A program made the translations under genes and the position numbers. Of a stretch of DNA of 64,000 bases, positions 1 to 9,680 are shown piece after piece. This DNA is from Deltaproteobacteria bacterium (GTDB lineage: Bacteria; Myxococcota; Kuafuiibacteriia; Kuafuiibacteriales; Kuafuiibacteriaceae). Each line of letters begins with the position of its first letter. The stretch's first letter is position 1. A model generated the notes under the pieces. That model was given only the letters and a program-made list of their open reading frames with translations. It searched no databases and had not been told where the DNA came from. The stretch lies in assembly GCA_040218735.1 (NCBI GenBank), contig JAVJQW010000062.1, positions 160,001 through 224,000 on the forward strand, written 5' to 3'.

Positions 1-1097
<1,097 letters not shown>

Positions 1098-1109
1098 GCG
1101 AGACGGGAG

Positions 1110-2504
1110 CTAAGCCCCCGTCCCCTTGAAGTCCTCCGCCGCGATCTTGTGGCGCTTCATCAGCTGCCACAGGTTCTTGCGATCCAACCCCGCGCGCTTC
1201 GCGGCGTTGGTGATGTGGCCCTCCGCCTCTTCGAGCACGGCGGTCACGTAGTCGCGCTCGAAGCGTCGGAGGATGGCGTCCTTTTCGTCCTTGAACGTCC
1301 CGAAGCCCGCCTGGATCCGCGGCGCGGCGGCGCCGGCGGCGGGCGCGGCGCCGAGGTCGATGTCGTCCGCGCGTACCTCGCTCTCGCGCGCCATCACGAC
1401 GATCTGCTCGACCTTGTTCTCGAGCTCACGGATGTTGCCCGGCCACGCGTAGCTCTCCAGCCGACGGTAGACCTCCGGTGAAAACGCGATCTGCTTCTTG
1501 AACTGCGCGTTGAACCGCTCCAGGAAGCTCGAAGCGAGCAGCGCGATGTCGCCGGTCCGCTCCGACAGCGGAGGTAGCTGCACCGGCACCACGTTGAGGC
1601 GATAGAACAGGTCTTCGCGGAACGTCTTGTCCTCGACGGCCTGCTTCAGGTCGCGGTTCGTCGCCGCGATGATCCGTACGTCGGCGATGCGGCTCTTCGG
1701 CGAGCCGACCGGCTTGTACTCCTTCAGCTCGAGGAACCGCAGCAGCTTCACCTGCACCGACAGCGAGATCTCGCCGATCTCGTCGAGGAACAGCGTACCG
1801 GTGTCGGCCGCGTCGACGAGGCCGGGGTTGTCGGCGTGGGCGTCCGTGAACGCGCCGCGCCGGTAGCCGAACAGCTCCGACTCGAGGAGCTGCTCCGGGA
1901 GCGCGCCGCAGTTCACGGTCACGAACGGCTTGTCGGCGCGCCGAGACAGCTCGTGCACACACCGTGCGACGACCTCCTTGCCTGTCCCCGACTCGCCGTA
2001 GATGACGACCGACGCCTCCGTCTGCGCGAGCGTGGGGAGCTGGTTCTTCAGCTCGATCATCTTCGGGCTCCGCCCGATCAGCCGCTCGGAGGGCCCGGCC
2101 GCGATGGAGCTCTTGAGGCGCTGCACCTCCTTGGTGAGGGAGACCTGCTCCATCACGCGCTCGAGGCGGTGGATGAACACCTCCTTGGTGAGAGGCTTGG
2201 TCAGGTAGTCGTCCGCGCCCCGCTGCAGGTAGTCGACGGCGCCCTCGATCGAGCCGTACCCCGTCATGATGATGACCGGGATGTGCGCAAATTCGCGCTT
2301 CACCGTGGTGAGGAGCTCGTCGCCCGAGAGGACCGGCATCCTCAGGTCCGTGATGAGGATGTCGACCTCGCCGGCCTGGACCCGGTCCAGCGCCTCCTGT
2401 CCGTTGCTGGCGAAGTCGAGGCGGATGTCCTGCCGGTCGCGGCAGAAGATCTTGAGCAAATAGAGGTTCGTCTTGTCGTCGTCGGCGATGAGGACGTTGA
2501 TCAT
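1110..2504 (-). CDS. sigma-54-dependent response regulator (NtrC family, REC-AAA+-HTH)
   Basis: REC (IADDD, ITDLRMP), GESGTGKE, GAFTDA, LFLDEI, WPGNIREL, Fis-type HTH; start taken at MINVLI. Confidence 0.95.
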   Translation of the reverse strand: MINVLIADDDKTNLYLLKIFCRDRQDIRLDFASNGQEALDRVQAGEVDILITDLRMPVLSGDELLTTVKREFAHIPVIIMTGYGSIEGAVDYLQRGADDYLTKPLTKEVFIHRLERVMEQVSLTKEVQRLKSSIAAGPSERLIGRSPKMIELKNQLPTLAQTEASVVIYGESGTGKEVVARCVHELSRRADKPFVTVNCGALPEQLLESELFGYRRGAFTDAHADNPGLVDAADTGTLFLDEIGEISLSVQVKLLRFLELKEYKPVGSPKSRIADVRIIAATNRDLKQAVEDKTFREDLFYRLNVVPVQLPPLSERTGDIALLASSFLERFNAQFKKQIAFSPEVYRRLESYAWPGNIRELENKVEQIVVMARESEVRADDIDLGAAPAAGAAAPRIQAGFGTFKDEKDAILRRFERDYVTAVLEEAEGHITNAAKRAGLDRKNLWQLMKRHKIAAEDFKGTGA

Positions 2505-2535
2505 GGGGAGCCCCAAGAGGGAGTCTGACCTGGAC

Positions 2536-2615
2536 GGGGTAAAAAGACCACGCGCTATCTTCGCGATCTCCCCACAATTTACGGGGAGCGACCCTTATTG
2601 GGGCGAAATTACCGC
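2536..2615. promoter_or_regulatory. Candidate enhancer (UAS) sites for a sigma-54 activator
   Basis: GGGGT-AAAAAG-ACCAC (2536-2551), GGGGC-GAAATT-ACCGC (2600-2615) and palindrome CTCCCC-N9-GGGGAG (2568-2588), about 75-155 bp upstream of a -24/-12 promoter. Confidence 0.45.
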
Positions 2616-2689
2616 GGCAAAACGAGGCTCAATCACCACGTTTTGACGCCCTGCATGAGAAAAACCCAGTCTTTCAGACAGCCCAATGT

Positions 2690-2705
2690 TGGCACCGCCA
2701 TTGCT
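2690..2705 (+). promoter_or_regulatory. sigma-54 (-24/-12) promoter
   Basis: TGGCAC-CGCCA-TTGCT matches consensus TGGCAC-N5-TTGCW exactly; predicted +1 about 2716. Confidence 0.85.
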
Positions 2706-2715
2706 ATGTTGGTGA

Positions 2716-2856
2716 TTGCCGACGGAAACGTCTCGGGTGTGTTCCCCCCACTGCTCGAGAGGTGTCCTGAGGCGCGGAAACCGGGTGTGGGCAAGCATCT
2801 GGGCTGACGGGAATCCCCCCTTCCTCGAGGCACGGTGCTTGTCCAGCCTTCTTTTT
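2716..2856 (+). ncRNA. Candidate sigma-54-dependent small RNA
   Basis: Follows the sigma-54 promoter; hairpins 2731-2760 (loop UUCCCCC) and 2788-2845 (apical loop UCCCCCC), then a U-rich tail; no credible ORF. Confidence 0.65.
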
Positions 2857-2874
2857 GCTCCCAACAGCAAGTTT

Positions 2875-3549
2875 TCATTTGTCGATGGTCTCCTCGGGTG
2901 CGCTGCGCCCGAGGAGACGGTCGAGTAGCTCGGCCGGCGTCCGGCTGAGCGTCGAGACCTGCGCCCGCAGGCCCTCCGGGTCGAAGCCCCACCGCACGCC
3001 GAAGAACGGTCCGCCGAACCGCGCCGCGGTCGCCGCGTCGATCGGCATGTCGCCGACGTACGCGACCTCTTGCGGATCGATCCCGGCGCAGCCCGCGCGC
3101 TCGAGCGCGAGGTGCACCACGGCCGGGTCCGGCTTCTTGTTCGGGACCTCGTCGGCGCTCGCCGCCGCGAGTCCCAGCGCGAGCCCCTCCACCACGGGCA
3201 CCGTGAACGCCGCCGGTTTGTTCGTCGCGATCGCGCACGTGACGTTCGCGGCGCGCAGCCCGTCGAGCATCGCCCGGACACCATCGTAAGGGCGCGTGGT
3301 CTCGAGGAGCCGCCGCCGGTACGCGTCGTAGAACCGCGCGTGGGTCGCTTCGAAGAGCTCGTCCACACGTTCGCCGAGCGCACGTTGGATCAGGACCTTG
3401 GCGCCGCCGCCGATCATCGTCCGGATCACGTCGGGTCCGAGCGGCGCGGCGCCGACTTCAACGAGCACCTCGTCGAGCGCCGATGCGATGTCGCGGTAGC
3501 TGTCGATCAGCGTGCCGTCCAGGTCGAAGACGGCGACCGAGATCACCAC
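2875..3549 (-). CDS. HAD-family hydrolase, phosphoglycolate phosphatase-like
   Basis: FDLDGTLIDS, ATNK, KKPDP and YVGD motifs. Confidence 0.88.
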   Translation of the reverse strand: MVISVAVFDLDGTLIDSYRDIASALDEVLVEVGAAPLGPDVIRTMIGGGAKVLIQRALGERVDELFEATHARFYDAYRRRLLETTRPYDGVRAMLDGLRAANVTCAIATNKPAAFTVPVVEGLALGLAAASADEVPNKKPDPAVVHLALERAGCAGIDPQEVAYVGDMPIDAATAARFGGPFFGVRWGFDPEGLRAQVSTLSRTPAELLDRLLGRSAPEETIDK

Positions 3550-3550
3550 C

Positions 3551-4351
3551 TCAGCCGTCCACGCCCACGACGATCGCGACCCCGGATCCGACCAGGAACG
3601 CCGACCCGATGAACGTGTTCGGCAGGAGGTCCGTTCCGCGCTCCACGGCGAAGACGATGACGCCGTAGATGCCGTCCTGCGCGAACGTCGCGGCCGGCAC
3701 CTCTAGCGACCGATTACCGTCGCCGACGATCAGCTCGAGCACCTCCGCGGCGGTCTGCGGGCGACTGTCGTAGACCACCATCGGGTCGTCCGGCGCGTTC
3801 GGATCGGCCCGGAGCACCACGACGTAGCCGTACTTGCCGTACTGCGCGGGGAACGTGAGCGTGAGCGCCGTGTTGGCCGGGTGCAACAGCGCCTCCGGGA
3901 CCGACGGGTGCGCCGCGGTCGGCTGCGGCGACAGGCTGATCGCCGCGGGCGTGAGCTGCTCGGGCGCCGCCGGCACCGTGCCGCCGCGCCGCGCGCCGTT
4001 GACCTCGGCCGTGAACGTGTACGCGCTCCCGGCGCGGTAGACGAGCTCACCGTTTTCGAGCGACGTGAGTGTATAGCGACCGTCGCTCGCGAACGGCAGG
4101 TCGAGCGATTGGTCGTCGATGATCAGCGCCGCGATCGCGCCGTCGACCGGGGTGAGGTTCGACGACACCGCGTTGTCGCGTTCACTCACCCACGCCGACG
4201 CCACGACCTCGGACGGGACGTCGAGCTGCCCCTGGATCGAGACGGCCGGGGTGGCGACGGCCAGGCCGCCGATCACCGTCGTGGCCTGGGCGGAGTCGAC
4301 GACCTCGCAGGCCGTCGTGAGGAACAACACCGTAGCGAAAACGAGACGCAC
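3551..4351 (-). CDS. Hypothetical lipoprotein
   Basis: GTG start, VRLVFATVLFLTTAC signal/lipobox, beta-rich mature part; the longer ORF extension is a dapF shadow. Confidence 0.7.
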   Translation of the reverse strand: MRLVFATVLFLTTACEVVDSAQATTVIGGLAVATPAVSIQGQLDVPSEVVASAWVSERDNAVSSNLTPVDGAIAALIIDDQSLDLPFASDGRYTLTSLENGELVYRAGSAYTFTAEVNGARRGGTVPAAPEQLTPAAISLSPQPTAAHPSVPEALLHPANTALTLTFPAQYGKYGYVVVLRADPNAPDDPMVVYDSRPQTAAEVLELIVGDGNRSLEVPAATFAQDGIYGVIVFAVERGTDLLPNTFIGSAFLVGSGVAIVVGVDG

Positions 4352-4414
4352 GCTGGCAGCGTACCAAACAAGAGACTTTGACTCGTACGTGTCCGTCGCC
4401 TTCAGATGAGGTCG

Positions 4415-5224
4415 ATGCGGGTTGCGTTCGCCAAGTACCAAGGGCTCGGCAACGACTTCGTGGTGGTGCGCGCCGAAGACGCGCGGATCACCGCCGCGGC
4501 CGCGCGGCGCCTGTGCGACCGGCGCCGCGGGATCGGTGCCGACGGCGTCCTCACCGTCTCGGCGCCGCGGGTGTCTCAGGCCGACGTCCGGATGCACGTC
4601 TTCAACGCCGACGGCTCCGTCGCGCAGATGTGCGGCAACGGCCTGCGCTGCGTCGTCCGCTTCGTCCTGGGGGGCGACGGCCGCGTCGCCGTCGACACCG
4701 ACGCCGGGGTCCTCCAAGGCCACGTCGACGGGGGAACCGTCAGCGTCACGATGGGGCACGCGAGGCTCACCCACGCGAACGTCGACGCCGCGCCGTTCGC
4801 CGGCGTGGGCGTCTCGATGGGCAACCCCCACCTGGTGCTCGACCCCCTCGCCGCCTCCGACGATCTGATGGCGCTCGCCCGCGAACACGGACCGCGCCTC
4901 GAGCGCCACCCGCAGTTCCCGGAGCGCACCAACGTCGAGCTGTGCCGCGTCCGCGACGACGGTGACGTCGACCTCGTGGTGTTCGAGCGCGGCTCCGGCA
5001 TCACCGACGCGTGCGGGACCGGCGCCTCGGCGACCGTCGCGGCGCTCGCGAAGAAGGGACGTGTGCCCTACGGCGAGGTCGTCACCGTCCACCTCCCGGG
5101 CGGGCCGCTCGGCGTGAAGATCGAAGCCGACGACGCGACGCTCGGCGCCGTGACGATCGCGGGCGACGCCGTGCACGTCTTCGACGGCGCGATCGAGCTC
5201 GCCCCCGAGGAGCTCGCCGGGTGA
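4415..5224 (+). CDS. dapF: Diaminopimelate epimerase
   Basis: KYQGLGNDF, NADGS.AQMCGNG, GNPH, ERGSG.T.ACGTG. Confidence 0.96.
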   Translation: MRVAFAKYQGLGNDFVVVRAEDARITAAAARRLCDRRRGIGADGVLTVSAPRVSQADVRMHVFNADGSVAQMCGNGLRCVVRFVLGGDGRVAVDTDAGVLQGHVDGGTVSVTMGHARLTHANVDAAPFAGVGVSMGNPHLVLDPLAASDDLMALAREHGPRLERHPQFPERTNVELCRVRDDGDVDLVVFERGSGITDACGTGASATVAALAKKGRVPYGEVVTVHLPGGPLGVKIEADDATLGAVTIAGDAVHVFDGAIELAPEELAG

Positions 5225-5795
5225 GCGTCCCCGCGACGCGGACGCGCGCGCTGGTCTACGCCGGCGTCGCGGTCGTGCTGTTCTCCGTGACGCTCCTCGT
5301 GTCGCGCCTCGCCGACTTCGGCGTCGTACCGGCCGAAGAGTTCGGCGCGGGCGATTGGAAGCGCGGCGACGTGAAGCTGCAGATCGACGTCGTCAGCGCG
5401 GACGGCATCCGCCACCCGCTCCCCAGCACACCGGAGCTCCGCCCCGGCGATCGGCTCCACCTCGCCTACGGCAAGACGCGCTACACGTCGCTGTGGGTGG
5501 TGCGCATCGGCGCCGACCGCAAGGTGCGCCCGCTCGTGCCTGCGCCGGGGACGCCCGAAGCGCTCGGCAAGTACGGACGCCGGACGGAGAACGCGGGGGA
5601 GGCGTTGGACCTGACGATCGAGGTCCCTGACGAAGAGGCGTGTTGCTCGGAATGTTCTCGGCGGTGCCGCGGCGCCTCGACGAGATCCAGGCGGCGGCGG
5701 ACGCGGTGGCGAGCGATGATCCGGAGACCATCGCTCGCACGCTCTACATCCCGAGTCGGCGCTTCGTGCACGTCATCGAGATTCGACGCCCCTGA
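5221..5795 (+). pseudogene. Membrane-anchored DUF4384-like protein with apparent frameshift near 5638
   Basis: GTG overlaps dapF stop; TM helix; LRPGDRLHLAY; a protein-like continuation (VLLGMFSAVPRR...IEIRRP*) lies in another frame and ends at 5795. Confidence 0.55.
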
Positions 5796-8700
5796 TCAGG
5801 GCGCCGGCGTCTGCAGCTGGAGCGTCAGGAAGTACGCTCGAATCCCGGCGTCCGCGAAGCCCTGCACACGGACGTAGTACGTCGCGCCCGTGGCGCCACC
5901 CGAGACGTTCGCGCCCACGGCCGAGCACCAGATGTCGTTCGCGAGATCGGCGTCGTCGTTGTACGCGACCTCCAACGTCCCCGGCTGCGAAGCCTCCAGG
6001 CCCGCCTGCTCGATGAACACCCGCGTGTCGGCCACGGAGTTCTGCGCCCCACACTGCGTCGGCGTCGTGCGGACGTCGTGCGTCCGAGCGATCAGGACCA
6101 GGTCCTGGTTCGCGGGCACCGTCACCGCCCACACGTCGTCGTCGCCGGAGGGGTTCAACCGCCCCTGCAACGTCACGGTCCCCACGCCGCTCAGCCCCGA
6201 GACCTGCGCCGACGCCTGCGCGTCGTTCGGCTCGGTGTCGAAGATCGGCGCGGTGCCGGCGATCGCCACGCTCTCGAAGCGCACCTCGTACCCGGCGATC
6301 GTCTGGCCGCTGAACTCGAAGACCTGCGCGTAGTACGTACCCGGCGCGAGGCGCAAGCCAGCTTGCAGCTCGTCCATGCGCGAGCAGGAGCCGGTGCCAC
6401 CCTCGTCGTCGAACCCGAGGACGTTCTGGTTCGCGTCGCGGAGCACGAGGAACGTGTCCTCGTTGCAACCCGCGGCCACGGTCGGCGCAAACGTCTCGAC
6501 GCGAACGAACGTCTCGGTCGTCACGGTGATCTGGAACGTGTCGAGCTCGCCGAGCGTACCGAGCGCCGACGACACCACGATTGGCGAGGCCGACGGGAGC
6601 GTCACGGTCTGGACGACCTCGAGCTGGCAAGTCGCGTTGCAGCCATCGTTGGCGTTGGTGTTGCCGTCGTCGCACTGCTCACCGGCGTTGGTCTCGAAGA
6701 CGCTATTGCCGCAGATCGCGTTGGAGATGGACACCGTCAGCTGGACGTTGCCCGTACCCGACTCCGCGAACACGACGAGGTAGTACGTCCCGGCCTCGAG
6801 GTTCACGTTGAACTGATCCGTCGGCACGATCAGCGAGGCGCAGGCCCCCGCGGTGCCGACCGGACCGCCGTCGGCCTTGCCGCCGATCCCGAGGAGCTGG
6901 TCGTTCGCGAGGTTGATCGCCGTGTCGACCGTGTTGCACGTCGTGCCGCCGACGTCGGCGGCGACCGCCGCGATCGACTGACCGGCGGCGACGTTCACCT
7001 GCACGACCTGGAAGTCGGTCCCGGCCGGGAAGTTGAGCGACACCGTGCCACCCGTGCCGCTGAGGACCGTCGGGTGGATTTCGATCTGGCAAGCTGCGTT
7101 GCAGCCGTCGCCGGCCGTCGTGTTGCCGCCGTCGCACTGCTCGTTGGCGTTCGACTCGATGATGTCGTTACCGCAGGCGGCCGCGCCCACGGTGACGTCG
7201 AGCTCGTAGTTGCCCGTCCCCGTCGCCGTGCTGTGGCGGACCACGACGAAGTACGTCCCCGCGAGGAGGTCACTCGCGCCGGCGTCGTTCGTCGGCGAGA
7301 TCAGCGAGCAGTTGCCGGTGCCGTCGTTGTCGTCGGAGGCGATCACGGTCCCGCCGGGGCCCGCGAGGAACAGCACGGTGTCGGTGGCGCAGCCGCCCAT
7401 CCCGTCGCTGGTCTGCGCGGTGACGTTGCCGCCCATCGGCACGTCGATCGTGAAGAAGTCCAGGTCGTCCGCCGTCAGCGTACCCGCGATGCCGCCCACC
7501 ATCGGGAACATGTTCGCGGTGCCGAAGTCGTCGTTCGGCTCCGTCTCCGTGTTCGGCATCTGCACGTTCACGGTGACGGTCTGCGTCGGGCTCAGCGTAC
7601 CCGCCGCCGACATCGCGTTCAGCTGGAACGTCGAGGTCTGCGCGACCTGCACCTGAATCGAACCGTTCGAGGTCTGCGTCCCGGCGGTGGAGGTCACCGT
7701 CGGGAAGTTGCCGACCGCCGCGCCGTCGAGCGTGAGGCCGAGGCTGCTGACGTTCGCGACGTCCCAGGTCACCGTCACCAGGCCCGCGGCCGCGAGCGTC
7801 GTCGGCGTGACCGTGAACGTGTTCACCACCGGCGCCGCGTGCACGAAGATGTCGACGGTCGCCGTCGCCGGGTTGTTGCCCATCAGCGTGGCTTCGATCG
7901 TGTAGGTCGTGTCCGCGGTCGGCGTGACGGTCGTGGAGCCGCTCGCTACATTCGTCGTCTCGGTCGCGACCACCGTCGCGCCGTCGAGGATGCGCACCTG
8001 ATCCGCGTTCACCGTCGTCCAGCTGAGCGTCGTCGTGCCGCCGGCCGCAACGACGACCGGGTTGGCGGTGAACGTCGAGACCACCGGCTGACCGGGGGCG
8101 ACCACGGTGACCATGACCGACGCCATGTCGTCGCCGTTGGCGGCGTTCTTCGCGACGAGCTGGTAGGTCGTCGTCGCGGCGGGCGTGACCATGAAGGTGC
8201 CCATCGCCATGTTCGACGAGGTGACGACGTTGCCGGACTCGATGATGTCGATCCCCTCCGGTGCGTTGTTCACGTTCCACGCGAGGGTCGTCGTGCCGCC
8301 CTGGTTCACCATCTGAGGCGTCGCCGTGAAGCTCACGACCTGCGCGCCCATCGCGGCGTTCACGGTGACCGTGGTCATCGCGGTCGCCATCGCGCCGTTC
8401 GCGTCCGACGCGGTGAGTGTGTACGTCTCGGTCTGCGCGGGCGTGACGGACACCGTGCCCATCAGGTTCGCGACCGTCGTGACGACGGTGCCGCTGCTGT
8501 CGGCGATCGTCACCGAGGTCGCGTCACGCACGGTCCACCCGAGCGTCGAGCTCCCGCCCGTGGGGATCGTCGCGGGGGTCGCGGCGAAGCTGTCGATCGT
8601 GGGCTGCGTCGCACCGCCGACCGTGACGGTCACCGTCTGCATCGCGGTGCGCGCCATCGCGTCGCCGACGAGCAACGTGTACGTCGTCGTCGCGTCGACC

Positions 8701-9221
8701 TGGAGGCTCACGCTCCCGGAGTCGACGGCCGTCGCGTCCGCGTTGTGGACCGACGTGTTGTTCGCGAGGATCTGCAGCGTGTTGCCGCCCGTGGTCTGCC
8801 ACGACAGCGTCGCCATCCCCGCCGCGTTCAGCGTCATCGGGTTCGCCGTGAACGACGTGATGGTCGGTCCGTTGCCGCCGCCCCCGACGGTGACGGTCGC
8901 CATCATCGTAGAGAGGCCGCCTTCGTTCGCGGCGGACAGCACGAATACGGTGGTGGCCGCGAGCGTCGGGCTCACTACGGAGCCGGACTGGTTCGCGGTC
9001 GCGGGGAGGACGTTGGTGCCGTCCTCGGTGTCGATCTGCACAGAGCGTGCGCCGGTGACCTCCCAACGGAGCATCGTGGTCCCACCCGCTGCGACGTCGA
9101 TCGGCGTCGCGGTGAAGGCCACGATCACCGGCCGCTCGATGGTCTGACGTTCTCCACCGGAGCAGGCCAGCGCCAATGTGCAGCCGAGGAGGAGGGATGC
9201 GTTACGTGTCGTCGTGTTCAT
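5796..9221 (-). CDS. Large surface lipoprotein: Ig/PKD-like repeats, PPC-like domains and myxobacterial Cys-rich repeats
   Basis: LALAC lipobox; about 6 'P.I..F.A.P....GG.TTL.W' repeats; E.EPND motifs; two CG...EQCD.GNT...DGC...CQ.E repeats. Confidence 0.85.
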   Translation of the reverse strand: MNTTTRNASLLLGCTLALACSGGERQTIERPVIVAFTATPIDVAAGGTTMLRWEVTGARSVQIDTEDGTNVLPATANQSGSVVSPTLAATTVFVLSAANEGGLSTMMATVTVGGGGNGPTITSFTANPMTLNAAGMATLSWQTTGGNTLQILANNTSVHNADATAVDSGSVSLQVDATTTYTLLVGDAMARTAMQTVTVTVGGATQPTIDSFAATPATIPTGGSSTLGWTVRDATSVTIADSSGTVVTTVANLMGTVSVTPAQTETYTLTASDANGAMATAMTTVTVNAAMGAQVVSFTATPQMVNQGGTTTLAWNVNNAPEGIDIIESGNVVTSSNMAMGTFMVTPAATTTYQLVAKNAANGDDMASVMVTVVAPGQPVVSTFTANPVVVAAGGTTTLSWTTVNADQVRILDGATVVATETTNVASGSTTVTPTADTTYTIEATLMGNNPATATVDIFVHAAPVVNTFTVTPTTLAAAGLVTVTWDVANVSSLGLTLDGAAVGNFPTVTSTAGTQTSNGSIQVQVAQTSTFQLNAMSAAGTLSPTQTVTVNVQMPNTETEPNDDFGTANMFPMVGGIAGTLTADDLDFFTIDVPMGGNVTAQTSDGMGGCATDTVLFLAGPGGTVIASDDNDGTGNCSLISPTNDAGASDLLAGTYFVVVRHSTATGTGNYELDVTVGAAACGNDIIESNANEQCDGGNTTAGDGCNAACQIEIHPTVLSGTGGTVSLNFPAGTDFQVVQVNVAAGQSIAAVAADVGGTTCNTVDTAINLANDQLLGIGGKADGGPVGTAGACASLIVPTDQFNVNLEAGTYYLVVFAESGTGNVQLTVSISNAICGNSVFETNAGEQCDDGNTNANDGCNATCQLEVVQTVTLPSASPIVVSSALGTLGELDTFQITVTTETFVRVETFAPTVAAGCNEDTFLVLRDANQNVLGFDDEGGTGSCSRMDELQAGLRLAPGTYYAQVFEFSGQTIAGYEVRFESVAIAGTAPIFDTEPNDAQASAQVSGLSGVGTVTLQGRLNPSGDDDVWAVTVPANQDLVLIARTHDVRTTPTQCGAQNSVADTRVFIEQAGLEASQPGTLEVAYNDDADLANDIWCSAVGANVSGGATGATYYVRVQGFADAGIRAYFLTLQLQTPAP

Positions 9222-9359
9222 TCTCGGTACAACCCCTTCGAAGCGGTCGCGATACGCCACGTATCAAGCGTCGACAACCGACCTTGTACGGACCGGCGAT
9301 GTGCGGGTGTGGCGACCGTCATGGTTTCGTGCTCAACTCGACGTCCCGAGTCGCGCACG

Positions 9360-9680
9360 ATGGAACCCGACGAAATCATCGTGGTTTTGGTCACGGCGCC
9401 GCCCGACGAGGCGAGTCGGATCGCCCGTGATCTGGTCACCGAACGCGCCTGCGCGTGTGTGAACGTGATCGCCGACATTCGCTCGATCTACCGATGGGAG
9501 GGCGAAGTTCAGGAGGATTCAGAGTCCCTCCTGGTCCTGAAGACGACCCGCGGGGGGTTCGACACCCTGCGCAGCGCGGTCGAGCGACTCCACCCGTACG
9601 ACGTTCCGGAGATCCTCGCGCTGCCCACGGCCACCGCGAACGACGCCTACGCGAAGTGGGTGCGGGAGATGATCGCGTGA
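9360..9680 (+). CDS. cutA: Divalent-cation tolerance protein CutA
   Basis: ACACVN, SIYRWEG, LHPYDVPEI. Confidence 0.93.
   Translation: MEPDEIIVVLVTAPPDEASRIARDLVTERACACVNVIADIRSIYRWEGEVQEDSESLLVLKTTRGGFDTLRSAVERLHPYDVPEILALPTATANDAYAKWVREMIA

Noticed and set aside
2765-2785. CTGAGG...GAAAC resembling a hammerhead ribozyme core
   Set aside because: Does not fit CUGANGA, and the required stems are missing.
2598-2928. Short ORFs 2598-2807 and 2716-2928 in the ntrC-gph gap
   Set aside because: TTG starts without RBS and atypical codon usage; one spans the promoter and the other runs through the terminator into the convergent gene.
6078-9359. 1200-aa plus-strand ORF, and similar long ORFs such as 48854-52102, 14396-16444 and 41906-44395
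   Set aside because: Antisense shadows of real high-GC genes (Arg/His/Val-rich, no motifs); only the last 106 aa of 6078-9680 is real (CutA).
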